DNA from: a virus
Lineage: Duplodnaviria > Caudoviricetes
IMG/VR virus record: IMGVR_UViG_3300047479_000028
Span: 1-44,117 of that record
Length of the DNA stretch: 44,117 nt
Direction: 5' to 3' (one strand)
This document shows positions 17,820 to 26,822 of this stretch, in pieces. Numbering within the stretch: the first letter of the stretch is position 1; every line of letters starts with the position of its first letter. The notes below the pieces were generated by a model. The model had not been told where the DNA came from, made no database searches, and was given only the letters and a program-made list of their open reading frames with translations. Both the position numbers and the translations under genes were made by a program.

Positions 17820-19066
17820 TATCTCACCTTCCCATTATTCTGTGCACGAAATCTCATGAGACTCTCCTTTGGTTCACCGCTAAGACGATAAAGCCAATCA
17901 GTATTACTACCTACTCCAATACGTTCTCTTCTTACCCACTTCATCTCTAATAGAGTGTCTAATATTTTATCTAATGTCATACTATCATAATCTCCATAAC
18001 CTCTAACTAAAAGTTCTTGTCTTTTGAGACAGTTCTCAGGTGCCGCAATGAGGTAGTCAATAACTCTTTTGGTCTTAGCGGCATCTTCATCTAATCCTCC
18101 GCCTTCTGCTGCTTTAGCACTGGCATAGATTAATCCACTAACTTTAGTTATTGCTTCCTTAACATCAGCTTCAGAGATTATGAAAGCTGAGTCATAACGA
18201 GCTAAACAAAGACACATTGCAATCTTCAATACATGATCTGGTACTCGATTAACAAATCCTGTCTTATCATTATATTGAGCTTGATTAGCTCTCCAATCTT
18301 TTCGCCAAGAATTAAAAACTCTTCGTGCTTCTTCAGAAGGGATTATTCTACCTTTGCCCTTTGCAATATGAACTAAGTGTGGAACATATTTAGGAACTAT
18401 GTAATTCGTGAATCGATCTTCATCTATTGATTCTTCTTCGGAATCGAGTAAGTCCACGTCCTTTGATCGTTTTTCTTCATATATAACAAGATTTCTCCCA
18501 ATATATCCACCTTCAATATTCGGCTGAGGAATACTATCATAAAAGTGAGCGGGGGAACTACCAAAGAGACAAGTAATGTATGGTTCTTTGAGTTTTTCTG
18601 CACCATCACCCTTTAAAAGATTTGTCCAAGTTAAATGATGGTCGTAAAGGTCTGTAAGAATAGTTAAAGCATCAGGGTCTTGAATAATAGCAGTAGATAA
18701 TTCACCATTAATTATTGCCATTCTAGAATCAGTCATTATTGGTTTACCAGCTACTGACCTAGTTGTTGCACCTTCTTTAATAATAGCTTGAATTGAACTT
18801 CTTCCAGCAATAACTCTAGTAACATCTGCTGCTTGTAATAATCTTTTTGCTAGAGTTACAGGAAATCCTTTACCAAGTCCTGATTCACCCATGAGGATAA
18901 CGTAGATGTTAGGATAATATAAGAGATTGCCTTTAAGAGTTCTTAGTGTATAAGCATTAGCAGCTACTGAACTTATTACAAATGCTAAACTCCAATATAA
19001 CCAGCTCTCAGGTGTTTCTACTGCAACGTGCTCTTCAATTAAATCTTGAATCCACGAGTTGCTCAC
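17819..19066 (-). CDS. DUF3987/YfjI-type AAA+ ATPase, putative replicative helicase
   Basis: YPNIYVILMGESGLGKG Walker A, IINGELS (atypical Walker B), LTDLYD, GGYIGRN, C-terminal winged helix; next to the DNA polymerase. Confidence 0.75.
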   Translation of the reverse strand: MSNSWIQDLIEEHVAVETPESWLYWSLAFVISSVAANAYTLRTLKGNLLYYPNIYVILMGESGLGKGFPVTLAKRLLQAADVTRVIAGRSSIQAIIKEGATTRSVAGKPIMTDSRMAIINGELSTAIIQDPDALTILTDLYDHHLTWTNLLKGDGAEKLKEPYITCLFGSSPAHFYDSIPQPNIEGGYIGRNLVIYEEKRSKDVDLLDSEEESIDEDRFTNYIVPKYVPHLVHIAKGKGRIIPSEEARRVFNSWRKDWRANQAQYNDKTGFVNRVPDHVLKIAMCLCLARYDSAFIISEADVKEAITKVSGLIYASAKAAEGGGLDEDAAKTKRVIDYLIAAPENCLKRQELLVRGYGDYDSMTLDKILDTLLEMKWVRRERIGVGSNTDWLYRLSGEPKESLMRFRAQNNGKVR

Positions 19067-19254
19067 TTTTTCTCATTTAACCGAAAGAGAAGCTTGTGAT
19101 AAAGCTTATACTGTGTAATTTCATCATCCTTATTAGGAGATGAACTGCCTAGAGCTTGGATTAATATTCGTAATTCATTAGATGTAAATTCTACTAGTAT
19201 TTTAGAGTCTTCCAATCTTTCCTCTACTGAGAGCAACTTGATAAATTCGTTCAA
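19063..19254 (-). CDS. Hypothetical protein
   Basis: Short ORF in a tightly packed operon. Confidence 0.5.
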   Translation of the reverse strand: MNEFIKLLSVEERLEDSKILVEFTSNELRILIQALGSSSPNKDDEITQYKLYHKLLFRLNEKK

Positions 19255-19432
19255 ATACTGATGCTGGTGTATTCATTCCAGCCGTCCCGACTACTATGAC
19301 GTGAAAGTTAGTTCTGAATAGTAAGTCATTAATATCTTTAGGATAGAACCATTGTTCAGGTTCTAGATTCTGTAGACGTGAATATCTATAGGCTTCCTCA
19401 GAGTTACCGGCTAGTAGGCAGAGTTTAGTCAT
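19202..19432 (-). CDS. Hypothetical protein
   Basis: ATGA overlap with the upstream gene. Confidence 0.65.
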   Translation of the reverse strand: MTKLCLLAGNSEEAYRYSRLQNLEPEQWFYPKDINDLLFRTNFHVIVVGTAGMNTPASVFERIYQVALSRGKIGRL

Positions 19433-19641
19433 GTCTTTTTCAAAAGAAGTTCAATTCCTTTGAACATGATTCCTTTATTCTTACCAATAGCTATGATTAC
19501 ACTTCTACCTGTTGTTTGTGTTGATTCATGTTTAAATATAGCATCGCATACATTAGCATATGTTTCATGGTCTACTACTAGTTTTTCCAATAGTGGAATA
19601 TTAATAGAATTAATGTGACTTCTTAGTTCTTCAACTGTCAT
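19429..19641 (-). CDS. Hypothetical protein
   Basis: ATGA overlaps on both sides. Confidence 0.65.
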   Translation of the reverse strand: MTVEELRSHINSINIPLLEKLVVDHETYANVCDAIFKHESTQTTGRSVIIAIGKNKGIMFKGIELLLKKT

Positions 19642-19808
19642 GGCTCAATCTCAATATACCAAATGTTGTGATTTTCATCTTCATTTAATTCTTTGATTTC
19701 AAACTCATGTAGTCTAGTTGAGGAAGGAAGTAATACTAATATTTCATCATCTCCATGTTTTATAGAATCAACATCATTAAGTAATCGTTGTAACTCTTTA
19801 AACTTCAT
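19638..19808 (-). CDS. Hypothetical protein (56 aa, below the ORF-track cutoff)
   Basis: MKFKELQRLLNDVDSIKHGDDEILV...; ATGA overlap with the polymerase stop and with the next gene. Confidence 0.65.
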   Translation of the reverse strand: MKFKELQRLLNDVDSIKHGDDEILVLLPSSTRLHEFEIKELNEDENHNIWYIEIEP

Positions 19809-22285
19809 AATTTAACTTTCTCAAAATCTGCATAACTCTTATGACTCACCTCAATTTCTGCCGGAATCACTAAAGTATAGTCACGTTTAAGAGTGCAATA
19901 TGTTCTAAAATCAATTGCCTTCTCCATGTGCTTTTTCATCATTCTTGCATACCTTTCCCAATCATTTTCTGGAGCCTGAAGAGTTAAAGAGTCATGTTTT
20001 TCTTCAGACCAGAGAGCATTTCCATCTCCATTTAATTCTTCATCTATTGCAAGAGCCGCTCCCTGCACTAAATGAGCTACTGTCCTTTGTGGAATATTAG
20101 CAAATCCTTCTTTATATAATTCATCATCCATTCTACCATTGAATACTCTTACTCCGCCCATTGGATCAATTAGAACTCTTGAAGAGCTAAGAGCCGCAAT
20201 GATATCTGCGTGAAACTTACTCCTAACCTTTGGAGTAGCTGCATGAAAGATTTCTAGCATAGTTCCTGCACGCCATTCGCTAATATCCATAGGAATTTCA
20301 TATTTCTGAGCATTCGTGTTAAATGTGGTCATAAAGGTATGTTTACCTACATTGTAATTTCCAGCATTTCGGGTAGTCTTACCAGTGTATCTTTCAGGAC
20401 CGTCTTTCTTTAGGTTGTCTACTACTTCATGTTTGAACGAGGATGATAACTCTAACTTCGACGTATAACCAAAAATTAAACCGGCCGTCCTGCGGTGAAT
20501 GTCTACTTTCTCGTCGAATGCTTTCAGTAATTCCCAATCTTCACTTAATACGGCAACGACTCTAGGCTCTGCTTGACTAGCATCGACACTAATGATAACT
20601 TTTCCTTCATCAGCAATGAACATTGATTTGATGTCTTTTCCAAGACGTCCATGAGCTGAGATGGTATGATCTGCAAGTCCAATTTTCTTTGGTCTGAGAG
20701 GTTTCTTAAGTATTCCAGTTGAACTTCTGCAAGTTTCTGTGGCGGAAATATTATAGCTACTTTTACACCGTCCATCGTAATCTGGGCTAAAAGATATTTG
20801 GTTACTCTTTTGTGTTCTAATTCTTCGTTCTTCGAGAAGGTCATTTAGAACCTCTTTGTGTTCTTTGTTCTTGCACTTACTCATTAATGCTACAATGCTA
20901 TCTTCACTAGTAGGATCTTTCTTTCTAACTTTAAACTTCATTATTTTATAGAGAAGATTGAATACATCTGGGTAAGATTTTACATTTATATCATCTCCAA
21001 CTTGCTTAATCAATCTCTCATGAACTTCCTCTTGCATATTGGTGTACTTAATTAATAGTTCTTTCTTACGGTCTAAATCAATTCTCTTACCTGTAGTTTC
21101 TAATTTAAGATAGAACTTATGTTTCTTCATCATATAATTGTAATAGTATTCTTTTAATGGTACATGAAAACGCTCAGACATCTCTAATAAATCTACTTCC
21201 TGAGCTTCATCTAGCTCAAATTCACATGCACAATCTCTAGCGTTGTACAAAAGAAGGCGATCAATTCTATCCTTTCCTAATCTAAACTCTTTTCCATCAT
21301 CTTTGTAGAACGGTTCTCTTGTCCACAAGGAAAGGCAATCACATAATCTCTTCTTAGGAAGTTCAGGAAATATTACCCTAGTCTTAATAAGCGTGTCACT
21401 ATATACATTAGGAGTTTGAAATCCAATGAGAGAGAGCTTGTAGTCGTCATATTTATAGTTGTGTCCTATCACTTTCAGTCGTCGTAATTGTAAATCAATA
21501 AGTTTCCAACATTCATCTAAATCATTATCGCCCATGTCAGTTAGGACATTCTGTCCTATTCTTTTTAACAGTGGGACACTAATAGCATGATGCTTATTAA
21601 AAGCAAATCCAATACAAGCAGGAACACAATTGATACTCTCAATGTCAACGGCTGCTTTATCAAGATTTTGATATTCACGAAAGAACCTATGAAGGTCTAG
21701 AGAATTGTGAGTAATGCTCAGGCTTCTATCTGGGAGTGATAATGATGCCGTTAATGACTCTTCAGCGGCTCGTTGAATATCGGCTTCTATTAACTTAATG
21801 TATACCCAAGATAGACCACCTTTAGAATCACCTTCTTCACCATAAGAACGTGAAAACAATGCTGCCGGATGAACTGTTGAAACTACTTTTGTTTTTCCAT
21901 CTCTAGCTGTGAGAATAGAGCCACGATAATTAAGAATGCCAGAAACGTCACAAACTGCTTGTAACGCCAAATCTCCAACGGCAAGAATACAATTAGGATG
22001 AAGTTTATTAATTTCATTGTCCCACAACTCCTGCATTTGTTGACCAATGTCAACGTTTATTAAATGTAATTTTTTTAAATCATTCATTGGTGGTCTGAAC
22101 TTTACTACATTAGTAATATAACAATCAGAACGTTTTATTCCTGCTTTGAAAAGGCATTCATCAAGGATTCTACCTGTTGGACCAACAAAAGGAACGCCTT
22201 GTTCATCTTCATGCTTACCTGGAGCTTCGCCTATGATTAGAAGCCTTGGTTCTAGACTTCCTACGCCTGGGATGTAGTTGGGCAA
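19805..22285 (-). CDS. polA: Family A DNA polymerase with N-terminal uracil-DNA glycosylase (family 4-like) domain and 3'-5' exonuclease
   Basis: UDG motifs GEAPG, PFVGPTG, TNVVKFRPP, HPAA; exonuclease VDIES, HNYKYD, YNARD; polymerase motif A DASQAEPR, motif B RYTGKTTRNAGNY, motif C HDSL. TTG start. Confidence 0.9.
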   Translation of the reverse strand: MPNYIPGVGSLEPRLLIIGEAPGKHEDEQGVPFVGPTGRILDECLFKAGIKRSDCYITNVVKFRPPMNDLKKLHLINVDIGQQMQELWDNEINKLHPNCILAVGDLALQAVCDVSGILNYRGSILTARDGKTKVVSTVHPAALFSRSYGEEGDSKGGLSWVYIKLIEADIQRAAEESLTASLSLPDRSLSITHNSLDLHRFFREYQNLDKAAVDIESINCVPACIGFAFNKHHAISVPLLKRIGQNVLTDMGDNDLDECWKLIDLQLRRLKVIGHNYKYDDYKLSLIGFQTPNVYSDTLIKTRVIFPELPKKRLCDCLSLWTREPFYKDDGKEFRLGKDRIDRLLLYNARDCACEFELDEAQEVDLLEMSERFHVPLKEYYYNYMMKKHKFYLKLETTGKRIDLDRKKELLIKYTNMQEEVHERLIKQVGDDINVKSYPDVFNLLYKIMKFKVRKKDPTSEDSIVALMSKCKNKEHKEVLNDLLEERRIRTQKSNQISFSPDYDGRCKSSYNISATETCRSSTGILKKPLRPKKIGLADHTISAHGRLGKDIKSMFIADEGKVIISVDASQAEPRVVAVLSEDWELLKAFDEKVDIHRRTAGLIFGYTSKLELSSSFKHEVVDNLKKDGPERYTGKTTRNAGNYNVGKHTFMTTFNTNAQKYEIPMDISEWRAGTMLEIFHAATPKVRSKFHADIIAALSSSRVLIDPMGGVRVFNGRMDDELYKEGFANIPQRTVAHLVQGAALAIDEELNGDGNALWSEEKHDSLTLQAPENDWERYARMMKKHMEKAIDFRTYCTLKRDYTLVIPAEIEVSHKSYADFEKVKL

Positions 22286-22474
22286 TCAGAATCCTTCTAC
22301 TTCTTCTATAGGAAAACTAATACCTATATTCTTAGGAAACGGTAAAGCAACAATAAGATCACACTTCTTACACATTCTACCAAATCTAATTAAATCTGCA
22401 ATATCTACACCCCAGATTTCTCTCCACTCATGCTCACAATAATTCCTTCTTACTCTATCTGGATGGCTTGGCAT
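22286..22474 (-). CDS. Small hypothetical protein (CxH...CxxC)
   Basis: CEHEW...CKKC. Confidence 0.55.
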   Translation of the reverse strand: MPSHPDRVRRNYCEHEWREIWGVDIADLIRFGRMCKKCDLIVALPFPKNIGISFPIEEVEGF

Positions 22475-22499
22475 CAGCTTCGCTGACTAAACAATTTAG

Positions 22500-22793
22500 T
22501 CATCCCCTTCTTTCCATTTCCTTCTCTTTCTCTCTAATAAACTTCAATGCCTCATAGCGATATTTAAATTTCTCAATAATCTTTTCATGAGTCTTCAACC
22601 AGCGAGCAATAAGAATGTCCTCGCTAACGGCTCCTACTGATAGTCCTAATTTATTAGCAGTCATTGTCATTGTCCAATTATCATCGTTAGTTATCTTCAT
22701 AAGATGAAAAGCATATGTATTTCTTGCTTTCTCTAGAAATGTTTTTCGTGGCAAGAAGGCTCCGAAAGAAAAGTGTTGGGATGTTGCAGGCAC
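22500..22793 (-). CDS. HTH-containing protein
   Basis: WTMTMTANKLGLSVGAVSEDILIA helix-turn-helix; start codon uncertain. Confidence 0.55.
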   Translation of the reverse strand: MPATSQHFSFGAFLPRKTFLEKARNTYAFHLMKITNDDNWTMTMTANKLGLSVGAVSEDILIARWLKTHEKIIEKFKYRYEALKFIREKEKEMERRG

Positions 22794-22892
22794 ATCTACA
22801 AAATGCCCTGTCTTATTTTGTCGAACGGCAGCTCACTTGAGCCCGTCATTGTTTGTTGCGCATTATTCGACAGCATCCCAACGAGAGAACTA

Positions 22893-23291
22893 CTACGCTA
22901 ACGGCTTAAAATCAACCAAGTCATTAAACTCATTCCCACGATTACTCTTACCACGCTTGATATATCCCATAAGTTTAAAGCCTACTGTCTTACGGAAAAG
23001 ATCAGAGGACAAATCATATCCGCCATTAGCAGTTACAGGAAAACCAAATGTGCTCCAGAGAGCCTTGTTATAACCTAATGACTTAGGTGACTCATTAATA
23101 AGTTTAGTGAGAGTAATACCCTTAGAAGAACCATCTAGAATCTTAAATTCCCAAATACAATTAGTAGAACCTGGATTCTTTGCCTCTTCTGAGGCATCCT
23201 TTTCGGAGTAATCAATTACTTCCATAGGATGCCAGCCGACTTCTGCTAGTTCTCCGGCTTTCAGGTCATCTGGTGTCAGTATTGCTCGCAT
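22893..23291 (-). CDS. Putative single-stranded DNA-binding protein (DUF669-like)
   Basis: GWHPMEVIDY...WEFKILDG...FNDLVDF OB-fold pattern; in the Sak4-like/exonuclease module. Confidence 0.6.
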   Translation of the reverse strand: MRAILTPDDLKAGELAEVGWHPMEVIDYSEKDASEEAKNPGSTNCIWEFKILDGSSKGITLTKLINESPKSLGYNKALWSTFGFPVTANGGYDLSSDLFRKTVGFKLMGYIKRGKSNRGNEFNDLVDFKPLA

Positions 23292-23324
23292 TGTTTTGTT
23301 ATCCTTGTTGTTGTGTGTTGTGAG

Positions 23325-23558
23325 TTATTCGTTACAAGCAATAGCTTTATTTGCCATTGTTACAACTTTTTCTAGATCAGTTAATGCAATACTAAGCTCT
23401 CTAGATTTTGGAGCATTTTCACATAGTATAATAGCGAATTCCTTTGCTTTATCTCTAATAGTCACGTATCTCTCTGGTTGGTCTCCTTTAGGACTATGGT
23501 ATGTATAACTATTATCTAATGATTTAAGTGCGTCTTCTGTGATTGTGTACTTTGGCAT
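23325..23558 (-). CDS. Acb2/Tad1-like helical-hairpin protein (candidate anti-defence nucleotide sponge)
   Basis: YTYHSP...QPERY..IR...PKSRELSIALTDLEKVVTMANKAIA resembles the SRExSxAxTxLE hairpin of Acb2/Tad1-type proteins. Confidence 0.55.
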   Translation of the reverse strand: MPKYTITEDALKSLDNSYTYHSPKGDQPERYVTIRDKAKEFAIILCENAPKSRELSIALTDLEKVVTMANKAIACNE

Positions 23559-23562
23559 TCTC

Positions 23563-24435
23563 CTACCACTTCTTTTCTTGATTGAAAGGATTAATAGTTA
23601 ATGGATTATTAATATCAACAGCCTGAACAACTTCAATACCTCTACTTTTATCTGATAACTCTTTCCATACAGAATAAAATAACTTATCAGTAATATCAAA
23701 TTCTTTTACAAAATCACCTAACAATGGACTCTTAGCAAATTCATCCCCAATGGCTTCAGTTGACACTAGATATTTTTTAGAGGATTTACCAGCACTAAAA
23801 TCAGATTGTTGAGAAAAATGATAGATTTCAGTGAAAGAACCTGGAACTAAGCTGGCTACTTTACTGCCATAAGAGACTATCGGATTTGTCTTACTTACCT
23901 TAATGGAAGAACCAGAGCCGCTAACACTTATTCCAGATAAAGGGTGCGCGGTCCAGATTACATGACAAGGAAGTCTACGGCTCAGATCAATGCACTGACT
24001 TACTAATGAAGTTTCTACCTTGTACTCATCAAAATCAGGAATAACATCTTTCATCTTTTTAAGGATTCTTTTATCTTGACCAAAATTAAGTGACCAATTC
24101 ACTGCACTAGAAGTCATGAATGTAATTGAATCATTGATTGTTGCAAAATATCTACAGTCGTTTACTAAACTAATAATTTTATTTAGATAATCACCAGCAT
24201 TAGAAGCATCATATACATCATATTCTATATTGGATAGGATTTTCTTCGCTAGGGAACCAAATCTCTTCTCCGTGAAGAATGTTTTTAATTCAATAGGACT
24301 TTTCTTGTCCCAATAGGATAAGTAAACTGGACCTTCTAATGCAAAAGATGCTGCTGCAAGTGTCTTACCAAATCCAAATGGACCTTTAAATAAGAATGAA
24401 TATGTGCCTGTAGAAGAAAGGTCTGAGGCTTTCAA
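23563..24435 (-). CDS. AAA/RecA-like ATPase (Sak4-like recombinase)
   Basis: FLFKGPFGFGKT Walker A, INDSIT Walker B, VIWTAH motif. Confidence 0.75.
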   Translation of the reverse strand: MKASDLSSTGTYSFLFKGPFGFGKTLAAASFALEGPVYLSYWDKKSPIELKTFFTEKRFGSLAKKILSNIEYDVYDASNAGDYLNKIISLVNDCRYFATINDSITFMTSSAVNWSLNFGQDKRILKKMKDVIPDFDEYKVETSLVSQCIDLSRRLPCHVIWTAHPLSGISVSGSGSSIKVSKTNPIVSYGSKVASLVPGSFTEIYHFSQQSDFSAGKSSKKYLVSTEAIGDEFAKSPLLGDFVKEFDITDKLFYSVWKELSDKSRGIEVVQAVDINNPLTINPFNQEKKW

Positions 24436-24920
24436 TTTGTTTTTCCTAGTTTTCTTCTTGCTTTTCTTTGTTCATTTGCACAATTGAAACATCTTCTTTC
24501 TATATTAGTTATATTTCTAAATCTGTCTCTTCTTATTACTTTCTTAAAATTGCTTCCACATTTAGGACATACTTCTTTACTGGCATTAGCATGAGTATTA
24601 GATTTAACAGAATCTAATATATTATCAGAATGACTTCCTGGCTCTATATGATCTGGATTAAAACATGGTGGATTATTGCATTTATGTCTAGCGACTACTT
24701 TTATATTCAAATAATCTATTTCATGCCACAGACACATTACTAATCTACTTAGAACATATCTATAACCACCTATCATTATTTGAGTGTGTCTATTAATATC
24801 TGAAGTATATTTATACTTCCAACAATTATTGTAATCAATAATTTTATCTAATGATAAGATATAATTTTTATCTATCTTACCACTATATATCTTCCTGGTC
24901 ACTCTGCTTATTTGCCTCAT
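24432..24920 (-). CDS. HNH / His-Cys box homing endonuclease
   Basis: NCWKY...RHKCNNPPCFNPDHIEPGSHSDNILD plus C-terminal CPKCG...CFNC. Confidence 0.85.
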   Translation of the reverse strand: MRQISRVTRKIYSGKIDKNYILSLDKIIDYNNCWKYKYTSDINRHTQIMIGGYRYVLSRLVMCLWHEIDYLNIKVVARHKCNNPPCFNPDHIEPGSHSDNILDSVKSNTHANASKEVCPKCGSNFKKVIRRDRFRNITNIERRCFNCANEQRKARRKLGKTN

Positions 24921-25221
24921 TTATTGTTTGACTAAGACGTTCAGATAGAGATAATTCTACTTTAGTCAATATAATCTTTTTTTCATCGATTTTAATATCT
25001 TTTGGACGATGACAACTATCACAATGAGGCTTCGCTAGACGAAGAGAATACTCATTCATAATGAAATCTATTCCGCATCTCCAACACAAGCTTCGCTTGC
25101 CTAATGAGAGAGGTACAGAAATTTTGAAGTTACAATCAGGAAGAGTGCAGAAAAAAACTTTATTTCCTGATTTGTAGTTAATCTTCTTTAGTTTGTGAAT
25201 GTGCTTTTCGGACTGTTTCAT
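24883..25221 (-). CDS. Zinc-finger hypothetical protein
   Basis: HIH...CxxxxC, CWRC...CDSC. Confidence 0.65.
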   Translation of the reverse strand: MKQSEKHIHKLKKINYKSGNKVFFCTLPDCNFKISVPLSLGKRSLCWRCGIDFIMNEYSLRLAKPHCDSCHRPKDIKIDEKKIILTKVELSLSERLSQTINEANKQSDQEDI

Positions 25222-25349
25222 CTTTCAGACCACCAAAACTTGATTCTACGTTTAACTCTAATATAAAGACAATCTATACACCAATGATTATCTCCAACAT
25301 ATGGAGTATCTCTATATGTTCTAGGACAGAGAAACGTTTTATATGTCAT
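25218..25349 (-). CDS. Small hypothetical protein (43 aa)
   Basis: Start moved to ATG at 25349 (GGAG RBS); the upstream extension in the ORF track runs through RNA hairpins. Confidence 0.45.
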   Translation of the reverse strand: MTYKTFLCPRTYRDTPYVGDNHWCIDCLYIRVKRRIKFWWSER

Positions 25350-25372
25350 AAAAACACTCCAAAACAAAAGAC

Positions 25373-25523
25373 GAAGAAGCCGTTGGCTGATTGTGCTAAA
25401 TTTGAGCACTAATACATGCGAACGGCTTCTTCTATTCACTGTTTGAGAATTACTCGACATTTCTTAGTCTGTTTCATCACTTTCATGAATATGACCTAGA
25501 CTATTCGATACTCAGGCAGTGAA
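25373..25523. ncRNA. Two adjacent long hairpins (structured RNA candidate)
   Basis: 12-bp perfect IR GAAGAAGCCGTT/AACGGCTTCTTC (25373-25432) and 13-bp IR TTCACTGTTTGAG/CTCAGGCAGTGAA (25435-25523), each with nested inner stems. Confidence 0.45.
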
Positions 25524-25537
25524 ATGTTGGTTTATGT

Positions 25538-25675
25538 TCACCATGCACAATACTCTATTTGCTTTCCATCTTTAGATAGATGGAAACACATTTTGCTAGA
25601 ATCACATGCTTTAGATAGTATTAATAATAAGAGAATTGTTAATGTGAATCCTACTATAGAAATGGCCTCTCTCAT
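25538..25675 (-). CDS. Small membrane protein or lipoprotein candidate (45 aa)
   Basis: MREAISIVGFTLTILLLLILSKAC...; TAATG overlap with the exonuclease stop. Confidence 0.5.
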   Translation of the reverse strand: MREAISIVGFTLTILLLLILSKACDSSKMCFHLSKDGKQIEYCAW

Positions 25676-26577
25676 TACTCTAATCCCTTCGTCACGTCCC
25701 ACTGCTCAGCAATGATATAATTACTCTCTAACTTCAAGTCTTTAGCTTCTTGACCAGAACTATCACAAATCTGATAATACTCGCATAATCGATTAAACTT
25801 ATTACAAGATGTAGGCTTTTCGGGCCAATAGTTTTCAGCTATGCAAGAAAGGTATTCAATCATTAACATCTTAGTAAGATTATCCTTCCAGTCTTTTAGA
25901 TAAACTGGGTCATAAGATATTGGGAGTCTCTTAAATTTCTCTTCTGGCCTTAAAGTTTTTTGTAGGCCGATACGATTAACTATTAAATAGTTACTTTCTA
26001 CCGCATTACAATAGTTAATAAATTGATTAGACTTACGAAGAACCATCGAGTCACGTTCGTAAGTTTTATGGTCAATTGGAAGGTTTGAATAGGATGCCGC
26101 TCGGCCTATTCCGCGGAAATTGACTAGCAGGTCTATTTTACCGCTAATGATTATTCTCAAGCTGTCATCAGAGAAAAGCTCATAAGCGAACGGCTGTTCA
26201 ATACTGATTATCTCAAGACTATTCTCGTCTTCAGCTCTCCAATAATCACAAGATTGTTCAATAGCTGATAGAAGTTTCTCTACTTCTTCAGGTTCAGAAT
26301 TTGATGTTTCAACATCTGAGGCTAATTCTCGTATTTTCATTAGAGTTAAATTTATTCTATCATCATAATGAGTTCCTTTACTTAATTCAGTAAAGTACAC
26401 TTCTAATCCACCATGAGCTAGACTTCCACGGTCTAGAGCTTTTGCTTTATGAATTAGAGGTAATGTTCTATTATGATTGTGTCTGAAGTTATATCGTTGT
26501 GGACAAGTTTCGAATAGGTCTATCTTAGACGCATCTAAGACTATGTTCACTTTTGGTGGTTTGATTATGTCAGTCAT
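25675..26577 (-). CDS. PD-(D/E)XK Cas4-like exonuclease
   Basis: ETCPQRY, GSLAH, IEQPF, GKIDLL, IDHKT and C-terminal SC...LCEYYQIC (4-Cys Fe-S arrangement). Confidence 0.85.
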   Translation of the reverse strand: MTDIIKPPKVNIVLDASKIDLFETCPQRYNFRHNHNRTLPLIHKAKALDRGSLAHGGLEVYFTELSKGTHYDDRINLTLMKIRELASDVETSNSEPEEVEKLLSAIEQSCDYWRAEDENSLEIISIEQPFAYELFSDDSLRIIISGKIDLLVNFRGIGRAASYSNLPIDHKTYERDSMVLRKSNQFINYCNAVESNYLIVNRIGLQKTLRPEEKFKRLPISYDPVYLKDWKDNLTKMLMIEYLSCIAENYWPEKPTSCNKFNRLCEYYQICDSSGQEAKDLKLESNYIIAEQWDVTKGLE

Positions 26578-26822
26578 CAGTTCTTCCTAAATGAAATGTT
26601 TTGTCTTCCACTATCTCTATCTACTGTTAATCCTTCTCTAGTATCTTCTACTTCTTCACCTTTTTCTTTCATTCTATCAGCTTTACTTCTTCCCTGACTA
26701 TCTCTAGTTCCATTACAATTAGGGAATTTCTTACAGCCCCAAAATACTCCATGGACGCTCTTACGACTAATCATAGGACCATTACAAATAGGACATAGAA
26801 CTTCATCGTATTTGAAGGTCAT
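26577..26822 (-). CDS. Topoisomerase-type C4 zinc-finger protein
   Basis: CPICNGPMISRKSVHGVFWGCKKFPNC. Confidence 0.85.
   Translation of the reverse strand: MTFKYDEVLCPICNGPMISRKSVHGVFWGCKKFPNCNGTRDSQGRSKADRMKEKGEEVEDTREGLTVDRDSGRQNISFRKN

Noticed and set aside
25524-25715. 63-aa + strand ORF
   Set aside because: Opposes the operon; a translationally coupled - strand ORF (25538..25675) fits better.
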